Assembly: GCA_038231135.1 (NCBI GenBank)
Contig: JBBRLX010000022.1
Location: 1 to 64,000, forward strand
Reading direction: 5' to 3'
Length of the DNA stretch: 64,000 bases
Source: Candidatus Eiseniibacteriota bacterium
Lineage (GTDB): Bacteria; Eisenbacteria; RBG-16-71-46
A program made the translations under genes and the position numbers. Shown here one piece after another: positions 25,002 to 35,014 of this stretch. The notes below the pieces were generated by a model that ran no database searches, was not told the origin of the DNA, and was given only the letters and a program-made list of their open reading frames with translations. Numbering within the stretch: position 1 is the stretch's first letter; the number at the start of each line of letters is the position of its first letter.

Positions 25002-27901
25002 AGCTCCTCCGCCTCAAGACCGACGGATTCGGCGGCCTGCGCGGCGAACACCGGTTCGACGGCGACCGCCTCACGCTGGTGGTCGACGACAACGAGCGCG
25101 GCAAGTCGACGCTGCTGGCGGCGATCGTCGCCGCGCTCTACGGGTTGTCCGACGACAAGCGCACGCACCGGCCGATCACGCCGCTCGACCGCTGGCGGCC
25201 GTGGGACGGCGGTCCGTTCAACGTCGAGCTCGAGCTGGAGTGCGGCGGCGAGCACTACACGATCCAGCGCGACTTCACGAGCAACACGGTGGCGGTGTGG
25301 AACGATCGCGCGCAGGAGCTGACCGCGCAGTTCCTCGAGGGCCGCGACGAATACCCGGTCGGCAAGCACCTGCTCGGCCTGGATGCCGAGGAGTTCGAGA
25401 AGTGCGCGTTCGTCTCCCAGGAGGAACTGGACCAGGTGGTGCCGGCTGACGAGAAGGACCGGCGCGCGAACACGCTGCAGGCCCGGCTCGAGCGCGCGGC
25501 CGACACTCGCGCGGGGAATTCCAGCGCGAACGAGGCGCTGCGTGTGCTCGAAGAGTCCGCGGCCCGCTACACCGAGCCGCTGCTCGATACCACGCTCAAG
25601 ATCGAGAACGCGATTCAGCGGCTCGACACCAAGGTGGCGACGCTCGAGTCGGAGCTCCACGCGCTGGAACACGACGACGTCGCGATCCAGCCGCAGCTCG
25701 AACGGCTGGCGGTCCTCGAGGAGCAGGAGCGCATGGAGCTGACTCACGACCGGCAGCTCAAGGCCGAGTTCCGCGCCGCGTTCGAGGCGGAATCGCGCGC
25801 GCGGCTCGAGCGGCACCACCAGAGCGTCACCCGGCTCGTGCAGCTCGAGCACGAGTCCGCGGAGCTGGCGCCGTTCGAGAACGTGCCGGCCGCGGCCGAC
25901 GGCGAATTCCGCCAGGCGGTGACGCTGATCGAAGAGGCCGGACGCCAGCGCCAGCAGCTCGAGGACGACCACGAGTTGTTCGAGGGCGGATTGCGCCACC
26001 TCGACAGCGAACTGGGAAAGCTGGCGCGGTTCGCAGCGCTCTCCGAAGCCGACGCGGACCGGTTCATTGGCTACGCCGCCGAGCTGCGCCGCCTGCAGGG
26101 CGAAGACGTGCGGCTGACCACGCTGCTCGACGGCGCGCGTCGCGAACTGGCGCTGCAAGGGTTCGACGACGAGACGATCGCCGTGCTCGAGCAGCGGTTC
26201 GCCACGCTGGACGCGGCGTCGCGCGAGCTGCTCGACGGCCAGCCGGCGCTCGGGTTCGAGCTCCAGGCGCGCAGCGTCGACGCGGACCAGTCGCGACTGC
26301 GATCTGCCACCGTGCTCGGCGAGATCACCGCCGGCCGCCGCGGGCGCGGGATTCCGGCGGTCGTGCTGCTGGTGCTCGGTCTCGTGGCGGGCGGGCTCGC
26401 CGCGGGCCAATACCTGCGCGACTGGTTCGTCGTGCCGTGGGAGGCGTTCGCCGCCGGTGCCTTGGTGCTCGGGCTAGTGGCCACGCTGCTGTTCGTGCTC
26501 GCCGCGCGGTACCGCGCCGCGGAGTGGCAGGACTCGCGCCGGGCGGCCGAGGTGGCCGACGAGATGCTCGCGACGGTGGGGGCAAGGCGCGAATCGAACG
26601 AACGCCAGCTCGGCGAGCTGGCGCACCACGTGGCTGCCCCGGACACGGGCGAGCTGTTGCGGTCGTGGGGTGAATGGGGCCGCCTCGGCCGCGAGCGGGA
26701 GCCGTCGGAGCGCGTCGCTGCGGAGCGGGCCGCGATCTACGCCGCCCGCAACACCGTGAACCACCAGGCCGGCAATCCGCCCGATGCGTCGTTCCTCGAA
26801 GAGGCGTCGAAGGCGATCCGCTCGCGCACGCTCATCGCCCAGCAGCGCGAACAGCTCGCCGAGCGGCTGAGCACCACCGACGCCCAGCTCGCGAACATGC
26901 GCACGCGCATCGCCGATCTCGAAGCGCAGGCGCACGTCGTGCTCGCCCACACCGGTCTCGAACACGATCCCGCCCGCACCTGGGCCGCGCACACCGACGA
27001 GGTCGGCCGGCGCGCGCGCGCCGCTCAGCGCGTCGCTGCGCTCGATCGCGAGATCATTCCGCAGACCCGTCGCAACGTGCTCGAGGACGCCTACGTGAAG
27101 CATCTCGAGCAGACGCTCGCGATGCTCGACGCCGAGGCCGGGCCCGCCGCGCCGGACGCCGAGCCGGCGCGGGATCCGTCGCTGCCCGTGCGGAACGTCG
27201 CCGAGATCGAGCGCGACCGCCACGGCATCCAGACCCGGCTCGAAGCGCTGCGCCGGGAGCGCGGCGAACTGCGGCTGCGGGTGGACGACGTGTCGCGGCG
27301 GTTCCACAAGGAGCATCCGGACAAGCTCATCGAGCGCGATGCGTTCGCGCGGGCCACGGTGCGGGCCCGGCGGTTCAAGGCGGCCACCGATCTCGCGCGC
27401 ACGACAATCCAGCAGGTGGCGCTCGAGACCCACAAGCGCTGGGCCGAGTTCCTGAACCTGCGCGTCGGCCAGCTCGTCGGGAGCGTGGGCACCGGTGTCG
27501 ACGACGTACGGTTCGGCGAGGACCTCGATTTCGCGGTCAAGCCGCGGAACGGGCAGCAGGTGTCGCGCGGCAAGGCGGTGCGGCAGCTGTCGAGCGGCGC
27601 CCGCGACCAGCTCCATCTCGCGGTGCGGCTCGCGATCAGCGAGTACCTGTCGCGCGACGAGGCGCTGCCGATCCTGATCGACGACTGCTTCGCCACCAGC
27701 GACGACGGGCGCGCCCGGGCCGGCATGAAGCTGCTGATCGAGCAGTTCTCACAACAGCACCAGGTGGTGGTGGTGACGTGCCACCGCGGGCGGTTCGAGG
27801 CGCTGGCCGCCGCCGATGGCGAGCTGTACTCGCGCCGCGTGCACTGGATCGACACCCGCTCCATGCGATCCGGCACCGAGGCCGCCGCCCGCCAGGGGTG
27901 A
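24998..27901 (+). CDS. SbcC/Rad50-like (YhaN-type) coiled-coil ATPase with two central TM helices
   Basis: Walker A DDNERGKST, long coiled coils, signature LSSGARDQ, Walker B ILIDD, H-loop TCH; ATGA overlap. Confidence 0.88.
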   Translation: MKLLRLKTDGFGGLRGEHRFDGDRLTLVVDDNERGKSTLLAAIVAALYGLSDDKRTHRPITPLDRWRPWDGGPFNVELELECGGEHYTIQRDFTSNTVAVWNDRAQELTAQFLEGRDEYPVGKHLLGLDAEEFEKCAFVSQEELDQVVPADEKDRRANTLQARLERAADTRAGNSSANEALRVLEESAARYTEPLLDTTLKIENAIQRLDTKVATLESELHALEHDDVAIQPQLERLAVLEEQERMELTHDRQLKAEFRAAFEAESRARLERHHQSVTRLVQLEHESAELAPFENVPAAADGEFRQAVTLIEEAGRQRQQLEDDHELFEGGLRHLDSELGKLARFAALSEADADRFIGYAAELRRLQGEDVRLTTLLDGARRELALQGFDDETIAVLEQRFATLDAASRELLDGQPALGFELQARSVDADQSRLRSATVLGEITAGRRGRGIPAVVLLVLGLVAGGLAAGQYLRDWFVVPWEAFAAGALVLGLVATLLFVLAARYRAAEWQDSRRAAEVADEMLATVGARRESNERQLGELAHHVAAPDTGELLRSWGEWGRLGREREPSERVAAERAAIYAARNTVNHQAGNPPDASFLEEASKAIRSRTLIAQQREQLAERLSTTDAQLANMRTRIADLEAQAHVVLAHTGLEHDPARTWAAHTDEVGRRARAAQRVAALDREIIPQTRRNVLEDAYVKHLEQTLAMLDAEAGPAAPDAEPARDPSLPVRNVAEIERDRHGIQTRLEALRRERGELRLRVDDVSRRFHKEHPDKLIERDAFARATVRARRFKAATDLARTTIQQVALETHKRWAEFLNLRVGQLVGSVGTGVDDVRFGEDLDFAVKPRNGQQVSRGKAVRQLSSGARDQLHLAVRLAISEYLSRDEALPILIDDCFATSDDGRARAGMKLLIEQFSQQHQVVVVTCHRGRFEALAAADGELYSRRVHWIDTRSMRSGTEAAARQG

Positions 27902-27973
27902 GCCGGTCACGACGAACTGCCGCGCGGAGGGTCCGAGCCTCGCGCGCGGCAGCGTGATGGGTACCGCGTCGTG

Positions 27974-28438
27974 TCAGGAGGCGTGCGGCGGCTGGCCGTT
28001 GCGCGGCCGCACCAGTGCCGAGCTGACCAGGAGGCCGATGCCGATCGCGGTGGGCACGATCCCCACGCCCCAGGCGTTGTCGTCGCGGGCCACGATATAC
28101 AGGAACAGGCCGACGCCGATGCCCGCGAACAGCGTGATCACGCCGCCCGTCATGAGGTTCATGCTGCGCCGCCTGGCGTACTCGGTGGGCGACAGGTACA
28201 TGGCCGACACGTCGTCGCCGCGGCTCATCATGCCGGGCATCGGCGGCAGCTTCGACGGATCGATGCCGCGCTCGATCGCGGCGATGCGCTCGCGCTGCGC
28301 CATCTCGACGATGCGCTGCTGGCCGAGCGTGCGGATGATGCCGGCGGTGATGCCGCCCACGATCGCCACGAGGGGGATCGAGAACACCAGGAACGGGACG
28401 AAGAAGTCGCTGTCGAATCTCATGATGGGCATGGTCAT
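27974..28438 (-). CDS. DUF6249-like membrane protein
   Basis: TM, then RERIAAIERGID, then two further TMs. Confidence 0.7.
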   Translation of the reverse strand: MTMPIMRFDSDFFVPFLVFSIPLVAIVGGITAGIIRTLGQQRIVEMAQRERIAAIERGIDPSKLPPMPGMMSRGDDVSAMYLSPTEYARRRSMNLMTGGVITLFAGIGVGLFLYIVARDDNAWGVGIVPTAIGIGLLVSSALVRPRNGQPPHAS

Positions 28439-28523
28439 GATCCCTTCGATCGGTCCCCTGGGTCGCCGGGACTCGCGGGTCGTCTGCTATCGGCCGGGCT
28501 GGGTTCGTCCGGGTTTCGCCTGC

Positions 28524-28554
28524 TTGGACCGGGCGACCCGTCGGCCCGGTTTCA
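28524..28554 (-). promoter_or_regulatory. ECF-type promoter driving the DUF6249-like gene
   Basis: Minus strand TGAAACCGG-N12-CCCGGTCCAA, same layout as the copy at 28611. Confidence 0.7.
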
Positions 28555-28610
28555 GAAAAATCCCAGGGGCCCCGCCGGCGCCCCCGGGGCCCGCCCGGGA
28601 TCGCGATTCT

Positions 28611-28641
28611 TGAAACCGGACGAGGCGGCCCCCCGGTCCAA
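28611..28641 (+). promoter_or_regulatory. ECF-type autoregulatory promoter of the sigma gene
   Basis: TGAAACCGG-N12-CCCGGTCCAA, with 4 nt between its end and the GTG at 28646. Confidence 0.7.
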
Positions 28642-28645
28642 CCAG

Positions 28646-29224
28646 GTGGACGCGTCCGCCCCGCAGCTGGCGGAGCTGGTGACGCGCGCGCAGCACCGCG
28701 ACACGGAGGCATTTCGAATGCTGGTCGAGCTCCATCAGGACCGCGCCTATTCGCTGGCGCTTCGAATGCTGCGGTCGCCGTCCGACGCCGAGGAGGTGAC
28801 GCAGGACGCGTTCGTGCGGGCCTGGACGGCGCTGCCGGCGTTTCGCGGCGAATCGAGCTTCGGCACCTGGCTGCATCGCATCGTGGCGCGGCGGGCGATC
28901 GACCGCGCGACCGTGCTGCGCGGCCGGCGGCAGCGGGAGATCGGGGTGGACGAGGCGGAGCGGATTCCCGCGCCCGCGACGGAGCCGGACCCCAACGCGG
29001 CCCGGCTCAAGCGGCTGATCGCCGGCCTCGGCGACGCGCAGCGCGCGGCGGTCACGCTGTTCTATTATGAGGGCCGGTCGGTGGAACAGATCGCCGGCAT
29101 GCTGGGGATGCCTGCGGGCACCGTGAAGACCCATTTGAGCCGCGCCCGCGCCGCTCTGCGCGGCGCGTGGCTGCGCGAGGACCGCGCGGGCGGTGCGGCG
29201 GCGCCCACGGAGGAATCGACGTGA
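28646..29224 (+). CDS. ECF RNA polymerase sigma-70 factor
   Basis: Region 2 DAEEVTQDAFVRAW, FGTWLHRI; region 4 GMPAGTVKTHLSRAR; alternative TTG start at 28610. Confidence 0.92.
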   Translation: MDASAPQLAELVTRAQHRDTEAFRMLVELHQDRAYSLALRMLRSPSDAEEVTQDAFVRAWTALPAFRGESSFGTWLHRIVARRAIDRATVLRGRRQREIGVDEAERIPAPATEPDPNAARLKRLIAGLGDAQRAAVTLFYYEGRSVEQIAGMLGMPAGTVKTHLSRARAALRGAWLREDRAGGAAAPTEEST

Positions 29225-29817
29225 ATTGCGAACGCTTCGAGCGCTGGCTCGATGACGGGGCGCCCGAGGGCACCGGTGGCGATCTCGCGGTCGTGACGGC
29301 CGCGGAGGAGTTCCGCGACCACGCCGCCACGTGTGCGCGCTGCGCGGCGGCACTGGCCGCGGCGCGCGAGCTGGAATCGCTGCTCGCGGCCCCCCTGCGT
29401 TCGCGCGCGGCGCCCGCGGGGTTCACCGCACGCGTCATGGAACGCGTCGAGTGGATGGAGCGCCTGGCGCCGCACGTCGGTTACGGCGCCGAACTGCGTC
29501 AGCCGCCCGTCGCCGAGTCGATGCCGTGGTGGGTGCGCGCCGCCGCCGAGCCCGCCGCGGCGCTGGCGTTCGCGCTCGCGGCGCTGCTGCTGTGGAAGCG
29601 CGACGCGATGCTCGCCGCCGCCGGGTCGATGCTCGCGCAGGCGAGCGGATCGTTCGCCGCCACCGCGACCGCCGCCGGCCGCACGGCCGGCTGGCTCCAG
29701 ATCCCCGCGGTGTTCATGCGGCCCGAGATCCTGCTCGGCGTCGCGTTCGCCATCGCGCCGGCGCTGGTGTGGGCGTCGTGGCGCCTGTGGCGCTGGGGCG
29801 AAGCGCGGGCGGCATGA
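29221..29817 (+). CDS. Zinc-finger (ZAS/zf-HC2) anti-sigma factor with TM segments
   Basis: NCERF..., HAATCARC (HxxxCxxC), two TMs; GTGA overlap with the sigma stop. Confidence 0.85.
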   Translation: MNCERFERWLDDGAPEGTGGDLAVVTAAEEFRDHAATCARCAAALAAARELESLLAAPLRSRAAPAGFTARVMERVEWMERLAPHVGYGAELRQPPVAESMPWWVRAAAEPAAALAFALAALLLWKRDAMLAAAGSMLAQASGSFAATATAAGRTAGWLQIPAVFMRPEILLGVAFAIAPALVWASWRLWRWGEARAA

Positions 29818-29975
29818 GGCTCGCGGGCCGTCCGTCACCCACTGCGAGCGCAGTCGTTCCCGGGCGCTTCGGAAGGCAGATGGCGAATACACGGTCTGCC
29901 GATCCAAACTCCGGGCGCCTACGATTCCCTCGTAGCCGATCTCGTGAAACGTACGGTGCTAGTGAAGGCTCCGCA

Positions 29976-30608
29976 TTAATGCGCGATCTCCGGCGCCTTA
30001 CCCCACAGCTTCTTCAGCCGTGAATCGCGGCCGCTCGCCGCTCGGTACGCGTGGTAGTACGCCGAGTTCGTGCGATAGAAGTCCTGGTGATAGGCCTCGG
30101 CGGCGTAGAACGGCGCGACGGGACGGATCTGGGTCGCGACCGGCTTGCCGAGTTTCGCCGCCATCGCCTTGAGTGATGCCTCGGCGGTGTGCCGCTCGGC
30201 GTCATTCGAAACGAAGATCGCGGTGTGATATTCGGCGGCACGATCGTAGAACTGGCCGTCGGCCTGGGTTGGGTCGATGTTGTGCCAGAAGTTGTCGAGC
30301 AGCGCGGCGAAGCTGGTGACCTTGGGGTCGTAGGTCACCTGGATCGACTCCAGGTGGCCGGTCGTCCCGCTCGATACCTGCTCGTACGACGGATCGACCT
30401 TCGTCCCGCCCGTGTACCCCGACACGACGGTCTTCACGCCGGGCTTGCCCTCGAACGCGGACTCCATGCTCCAGAAGCAGCCGCCCGCGAAATTGACGGT
30501 TGCGAGCCCGGCACGGGGTGGCGCGACGGCGGCCGCGTGGCTGGCCGACGCCGAAACCGTGAGCAGCAGAACCGCAACTGCCGGAAGGAACGGAGACTTC
30601 GAACGCAT
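29976..30608 (-). CDS. msrA: Peptide methionine sulfoxide reductase A, exported, single Cys
   Basis: FAGGCFW, SGYTGG, TGHLE, DPTQ, FYAAEAYHQDFY; N-terminal signal peptide. Confidence 0.93.
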   Translation of the reverse strand: MRSKSPFLPAVAVLLLTVSASASHAAAVAPPRAGLATVNFAGGCFWSMESAFEGKPGVKTVVSGYTGGTKVDPSYEQVSSGTTGHLESIQVTYDPKVTSFAALLDNFWHNIDPTQADGQFYDRAAEYHTAIFVSNDAERHTAEASLKAMAAKLGKPVATQIRPVAPFYAAEAYHQDFYRTNSAYYHAYRAASGRDSRLKKLWGKAPEIAH

Positions 30609-30801
30609 GGCGGACTCCCGAATTTGAGAGGAATGGGCGGCCTGTCACCTTTGGATACTGTACGACGGACTTCGGCGTGACGGATGTTTTGAGGCCCCCT
30701 GGGGCCTTGACCGGAACCGGACCGGACGGGTCCATCCATCTGCTAGTCTACGTGGTTGCCGCGACAGTCCTGAGCCCCCTCCGCCGGAAACGAGCGACGC
30801 C

Positions 30802-32934
30802 ATCACGACCCGTACTCACAATCGGCTGATCCACGAGAAGAGCCCGTATCTGCTCCAGCATGCCCACAATCCCGTGGACTGGTATCCGTGGGGTGACGCG
30901 GCATTCGACAAAGCGCGCCGCGAGAACAAGCCGGTGTTCCTGTCGATCGGCTATTCCACCTGCCACTGGTGCCACGTCATGGAGCGCGAGTCGTTCGAGA
31001 ACGTCCAGGTGGCGGCGGTGATCAACCAGTGGTTCGTACCGGTGAAGGTCGATCGCGAGGAGCGCCCCGACGTCGACCGGCTGTACATGGCGGCGATGCA
31101 GTCGATGGGTCTGGGCGGCGGCTGGCCACTCAACGTGTTCCTCACGCCCGAGCTCGAACCGTTCTTCGGCGGCACGTACTTCCCGCCCCACGCGCTGCCG
31201 GGGCGTCCGGGCCTGCCCGATGTCCTCGCGCGCGTTCATCATGTCTGGGCGTCGCAGCGCGATGAGATCGAGGAGCAGGGCCGGCGGGTGTTCGAATCGA
31301 TCGAGGCCGCGCTCGCGGATCGCGGCGATCCCGGGGTTGCCACGGTGGCCGATCCGGTCGCGGCGCGGGCCGAGCTGCTCGAGCGCGCGCATGCCACGCT
31401 CGAGCGCATTCACGACGCCGAGCACGGGGGCTTCGGGGGCGCGCCCAAGTTTCCCACACCGGTGAACCTCGCGTTCCTGACGCGGTTCGGATCCCGCGAC
31501 CCCGAGGGTCGTCCGACGGCGCTCGCGATGGTGTACCGCCAGCTCGACGTCATGCAGGCCGGGGGTATCCACGACGCGCTCGGCGGCGGGTTCCATCGCT
31601 ATGCGACGGACGCGCTCTGGCACGTGCCGCACTTCGAGAAAATGCTCTACGACCAGGCGCAGCTCGCGTGGGCATATCTGGAGGGCAGCCAGAACGCCGG
31701 CGCGCCCGGCCCCGCCCACGACGCGGAGCGCGCGCAGGGCTACGCCGACACCGCTCGCGGCATCTTCCGCTACGTGATGCGCGACCTCACGGCTCCCGGC
31801 GGCGGATTCTTCTCGGCCGAGGACGCCGACAGCGAAGGCGTGGAAGGCAGGTTCTATGTGTGGACGCGCCGCGAGCTCGACACCGTGCTCGGCGCCGATG
31901 CCGCGCTGTTCGCGGCCGCGTACGACGTGACCGCCGCGGGGAACTTCGAGCACGGCGCAAGCGTGCTGCAGCGCGTGCACAGCGACGCGGCGCTGGCGGA
32001 GACGTTCGGCGGCACGCCGCCCGAAATCGCAGCACGGCTCGCGCGTGCCCGCGAGACGCTGTTCGCCGTCCGCAGCCGCCGTCCGCGGCCGCATCTCGAC
32101 GACAAGGTGCTCACGGCGTGGAACGGCATCATGATTTCCGCTCTCGCGCGCGGCGCCCGGGTCCTCCGCGAGTCGGCACTCACGGACGCTGCCACGCGCT
32201 CGGCGAACTTCCTGTGGGAGCACCTGCGCGACCCCGGCACGGGCGCCATGCGGCGCCGGTTCCGCGACGGTGAGGCCGCAGGGGCAGGGCAGCTCGACGA
32301 CTACGTGTATCCCGCGCTCGGGTTCCTCGATCTCTATGGCGCGACGTTCGACGCCGTCTGGATCGAGCGCTCGGTGCTGATGATGGAGCAGGCGCTGGAG
32401 CGGTTCGGCGACGACACCGACGGCACGCTGTTCGAAAGTCCGGCGGACGACCCCCACGTGCGCATTCGCATGAAGGACGATTTCGACGGCGCCGAGATCG
32501 CCGGGAACTCGGTGGCGGCCTGGGTGCTGGTCACGCTGGCGGCGCTGCTCGATCGTGAGCCGTGGCGGCAGCGCGCGCAGCGGCTGCTCGACACCTACGC
32601 CGCGCGCCTCGCCACGAACCCGATCGCCATGCCGCGGATGCTGGCCGCGATGGATCTGGCCGCCGCGCCCCCGAACCACGTCGTGATCGCGGGCGATCCC
32701 GAAGCTGCCGATACGCGGATGTTGATCCGCGAGTTCGACCGGCGCTTCCTGCCGCGGGAATTGCTGCTCGTCGTTCCGCCCGGCGCGCGGGGAAAATGGG
32801 AGCGGCTCGCGCCGTTCGCGGCGGCGCTCACGCCCGTGGGGGGTGCGGCGACCGCCTATATTTGTACGAACTACGCCTGCCGGCTGCCGGTGACCGACCC
32901 GGAGGCGTTTGCGGAGATGCTCGATCGGCTTTAG
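30802..32934 (+). CDS. YyaL/SSP411 thioredoxin-domain protein
   Basis: [59 protein letters not shown]; start uncertain (see findings). Confidence 0.88.
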   Translation: MTTRTHNRLIHEKSPYLLQHAHNPVDWYPWGDAAFDKARRENKPVFLSIGYSTCHWCHVMERESFENVQVAAVINQWFVPVKVDREERPDVDRLYMAAMQSMGLGGGWPLNVFLTPELEPFFGGTYFPPHALPGRPGLPDVLARVHHVWASQRDEIEEQGRRVFESIEAALADRGDPGVATVADPVAARAELLERAHATLERIHDAEHGGFGGAPKFPTPVNLAFLTRFGSRDPEGRPTALAMVYRQLDVMQAGGIHDALGGGFHRYATDALWHVPHFEKMLYDQAQLAWAYLEGSQNAGAPGPAHDAERAQGYADTARGIFRYVMRDLTAPGGGFFSAEDADSEGVEGRFYVWTRRELDTVLGADAALFAAAYDVTAAGNFEHGASVLQRVHSDAALAETFGGTPPEIAARLARARETLFAVRSRRPRPHLDDKVLTAWNGIMISALARGARVLRESALTDAATRSANFLWEHLRDPGTGAMRRRFRDGEAAGAGQLDDYVYPALGFLDLYGATFDAVWIERSVLMMEQALERFGDDTDGTLFESPADDPHVRIRMKDDFDGAEIAGNSVAAWVLVTLAALLDREPWRQRAQRLLDTYAARLATNPIAMPRMLAAMDLAAAPPNHVVIAGDPEAADTRMLIREFDRRFLPRELLLVVPPGARGKWERLAPFAAALTPVGGAATAYICTNYACRLPVTDPEAFAEMLDRL

Positions 32935-33006
32935 ACCTTGGAGCCCGTGGGCCCCGATGGATCCCGCCGCCCGGCCTGGGGCCACAGGATTGTGAACGGA
33001 GGAGTG

Positions 33007-34986
33007 ATGCGGAAGTGGTGGATGCTGGCGCTGGCGCTGATGACCTTCGCGGGTCGCGTCCACGCGCAGGACGGGAACGCCACGATTCCCGCGCCGGGCA
33101 AGCTGGTGACGATCACGGTGGCTCCGGTGACGCTGCAGGCGGGTGGCGGCATGGGCGTGTCCGCCGTGGTCACGCTCGACATCATGACCCACTGGCACAT
33201 CAACGCGAATCCGCCGGCGCCGGACTACATGGTGCCCACCGAAGTCACGATCGACGGCGCGGACGGCATCTCGGTCGGCAACTCGAAGTATCCCGCGGGC
33301 AAGCCGCTCAAGCTGGGGTTCGAGGATCAGGCGGTGTCGGTCTACGACGGTCATGTCACTCTCGAGTTGCCGCTCGCTGCCAGTGTCCAGACCACGAACG
33401 GCGCCCACACGCTCAAGGGGCAGCTTCGATTCCAGTCCTGCAACAACCAGTTGTGCCTGGCGCCGGCCGTGCTGCCGTTCACCGTGCAGGTCACGGTCGC
33501 GGGAGGCACGGCCGGGAACCCCGCGGCGGCGGCGGTCCCGGGACATGCGCCGCCGCCCGGCTCCGCGCGGGTCGCGCCGCCCCACGCCGCGGCCGGAACC
33601 GCCGCCGCGGGCCGCGACACGGCGGTCGCCGCCGATACCACGGCGCCCGGCGCCGTGACGCTCGGCACCGCCACGCCCGGCGGGGCGACGCCGCCCTCGG
33701 ATGGGTTTGCCACCGCGCCGCCGCCGGGCGGCCGCAACGCGTCGCTCGACAATCCGCTCGCGCGGGCGCTCGACCGCGGCGGCATCGGCGCGTTCCTCAC
33801 GCTGTTCCTGATCGGGCTCGCGCTCAATCTGACGCCGTGCGTCTACCCGATGCTCGGCGTCACCGTATCGATATTCGGCGCCCGCAAGGCGGCGCCCCCG
33901 CTCCAGGTGTTCGGCCTCGCACTGCTTTATGTGCTCGGCATGGCGAGCATGTACAGCGCGCTCGGGCTGGTCGCGGCGTTCACGGGCGGGCTGTTCGGCG
34001 GCTTCCTGCAGAACCCGCTGGTGCTGGTCGGCGTCGGCGTGCTGCTCGCCGCCATGGCGCTGTCGATGTTCGGGCTCTACGAGATCCAGCTGCCGGCCGC
34101 GATTCGCGAGCGCGCGGGCGCGGTGAACGCGTCCAGCGCGGCCGGCGTGTTCTTCTCGGGACTCATGGTCGGCGTGTTCGCGGCGCCGTGCATCGGCCCG
34201 CCGGTCGTGGCGCTGCTCGCGATCGTCGGCGCCAAGGGCGATCCGGTGTTCGGCTTCACGTCGTTCTTCACGTTGGCACTCGGCCTCGGGTTCCCGTACC
34301 TCGTGCTCGGCACGTTCTCGAACCTGCTGCAGACTTTGCCGCGCTCCGGCGACTGGATGGAGTGGGTGAAGAAGCTGTTCGGCGTGATCCTGCTCGCGAT
34401 CGCGGTGTTCTACGTGCTGCTGGGCCTCGCGCCCTCGATCGCGCTGTGGGTGCTGCCGGTGGCGCTGGTCGCGGGCGGCGGCTATCTGGGATTCATCGAC
34501 ACCCACGCCGACCGGCGTCCCGCGTTCAAGGTGTTCAAGCGGATCGGTGGTGCGGCCGCGGTGCTGGGCGGCCTCGCGATCGTCGCCACCACGCCGCGGG
34601 CCGAGCTCAAGATGACGGCGTTCACGCCTGCGTCGCTCGACCAGGCGCTCAAGAGCGGCAAGGTCGCGATGGTCGACTTCTCGGCCGACTGGTGCGTGCC
34701 GTGCCACGAGCTCGAGCGCAGCACGTTCACGGACGCCCGCGTGATCCAGCGCTCGCGGCAGTTCGCGATCTTCAAGGCCGACCTCACGCGCTACGATTCG
34801 GCCGAGGCGGAAACGTGGCGCAAGCAGTATGGCATCACCGGCGTGCCGACCGTGGTGTTTCTCGCGTCGAACGGCCGCGAGGTGTTCGCGTCGCGCGTCG
34901 AGGGTTTCCTGGCTCCCGAGCACTTCCTCGAACGCATGGACCTCGCGGCCAGGACCGGCGCCGCGGCCATGCGCACCGGTCCCTGA
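33007..34986 (+). CDS. dsbD: Thiol:disulfide interchange protein DsbD-like
   Basis: N-domain QSCNNQLC, TM domain LTPCVYPM and APCIGP, thioredoxin ADWCVPC; GGAGG RBS. Confidence 0.88.
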   Translation: MRKWWMLALALMTFAGRVHAQDGNATIPAPGKLVTITVAPVTLQAGGGMGVSAVVTLDIMTHWHINANPPAPDYMVPTEVTIDGADGISVGNSKYPAGKPLKLGFEDQAVSVYDGHVTLELPLAASVQTTNGAHTLKGQLRFQSCNNQLCLAPAVLPFTVQVTVAGGTAGNPAAAAVPGHAPPPGSARVAPPHAAAGTAAAGRDTAVAADTTAPGAVTLGTATPGGATPPSDGFATAPPPGGRNASLDNPLARALDRGGIGAFLTLFLIGLALNLTPCVYPMLGVTVSIFGARKAAPPLQVFGLALLYVLGMASMYSALGLVAAFTGGLFGGFLQNPLVLVGVGVLLAAMALSMFGLYEIQLPAAIRERAGAVNASSAAGVFFSGLMVGVFAAPCIGPPVVALLAIVGAKGDPVFGFTSFFTLALGLGFPYLVLGTFSNLLQTLPRSGDWMEWVKKLFGVILLAIAVFYVLLGLAPSIALWVLPVALVAGGGYLGFIDTHADRRPAFKVFKRIGGAAAVLGGLAIVATTPRAELKMTAFTPASLDQALKSGKVAMVDFSADWCVPCHELERSTFTDARVIQRSRQFAIFKADLTRYDSAEAETWRKQYGITGVPTVVFLASNGREVFASRVEGFLAPEHFLERMDLAARTGAAAMRTGP

Positions 34987-35014
34987 CGCGCGCACCCCTC
35001 ACGATGACGATCGT

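Noticed and set aside
29976..34986. Selenocysteine readthrough in the redox genes
   Set aside because: All catalytic positions are ordinary Cys codons; no in-frame TGA at motif sites.
30748..34995. Very long antisense ORFs (also 6547..9873, 51360..54344, 55313..57748, 60434..63946)
   Set aside because: Shadow frames of real genes, expected in high-GC DNA; no protein motifs.
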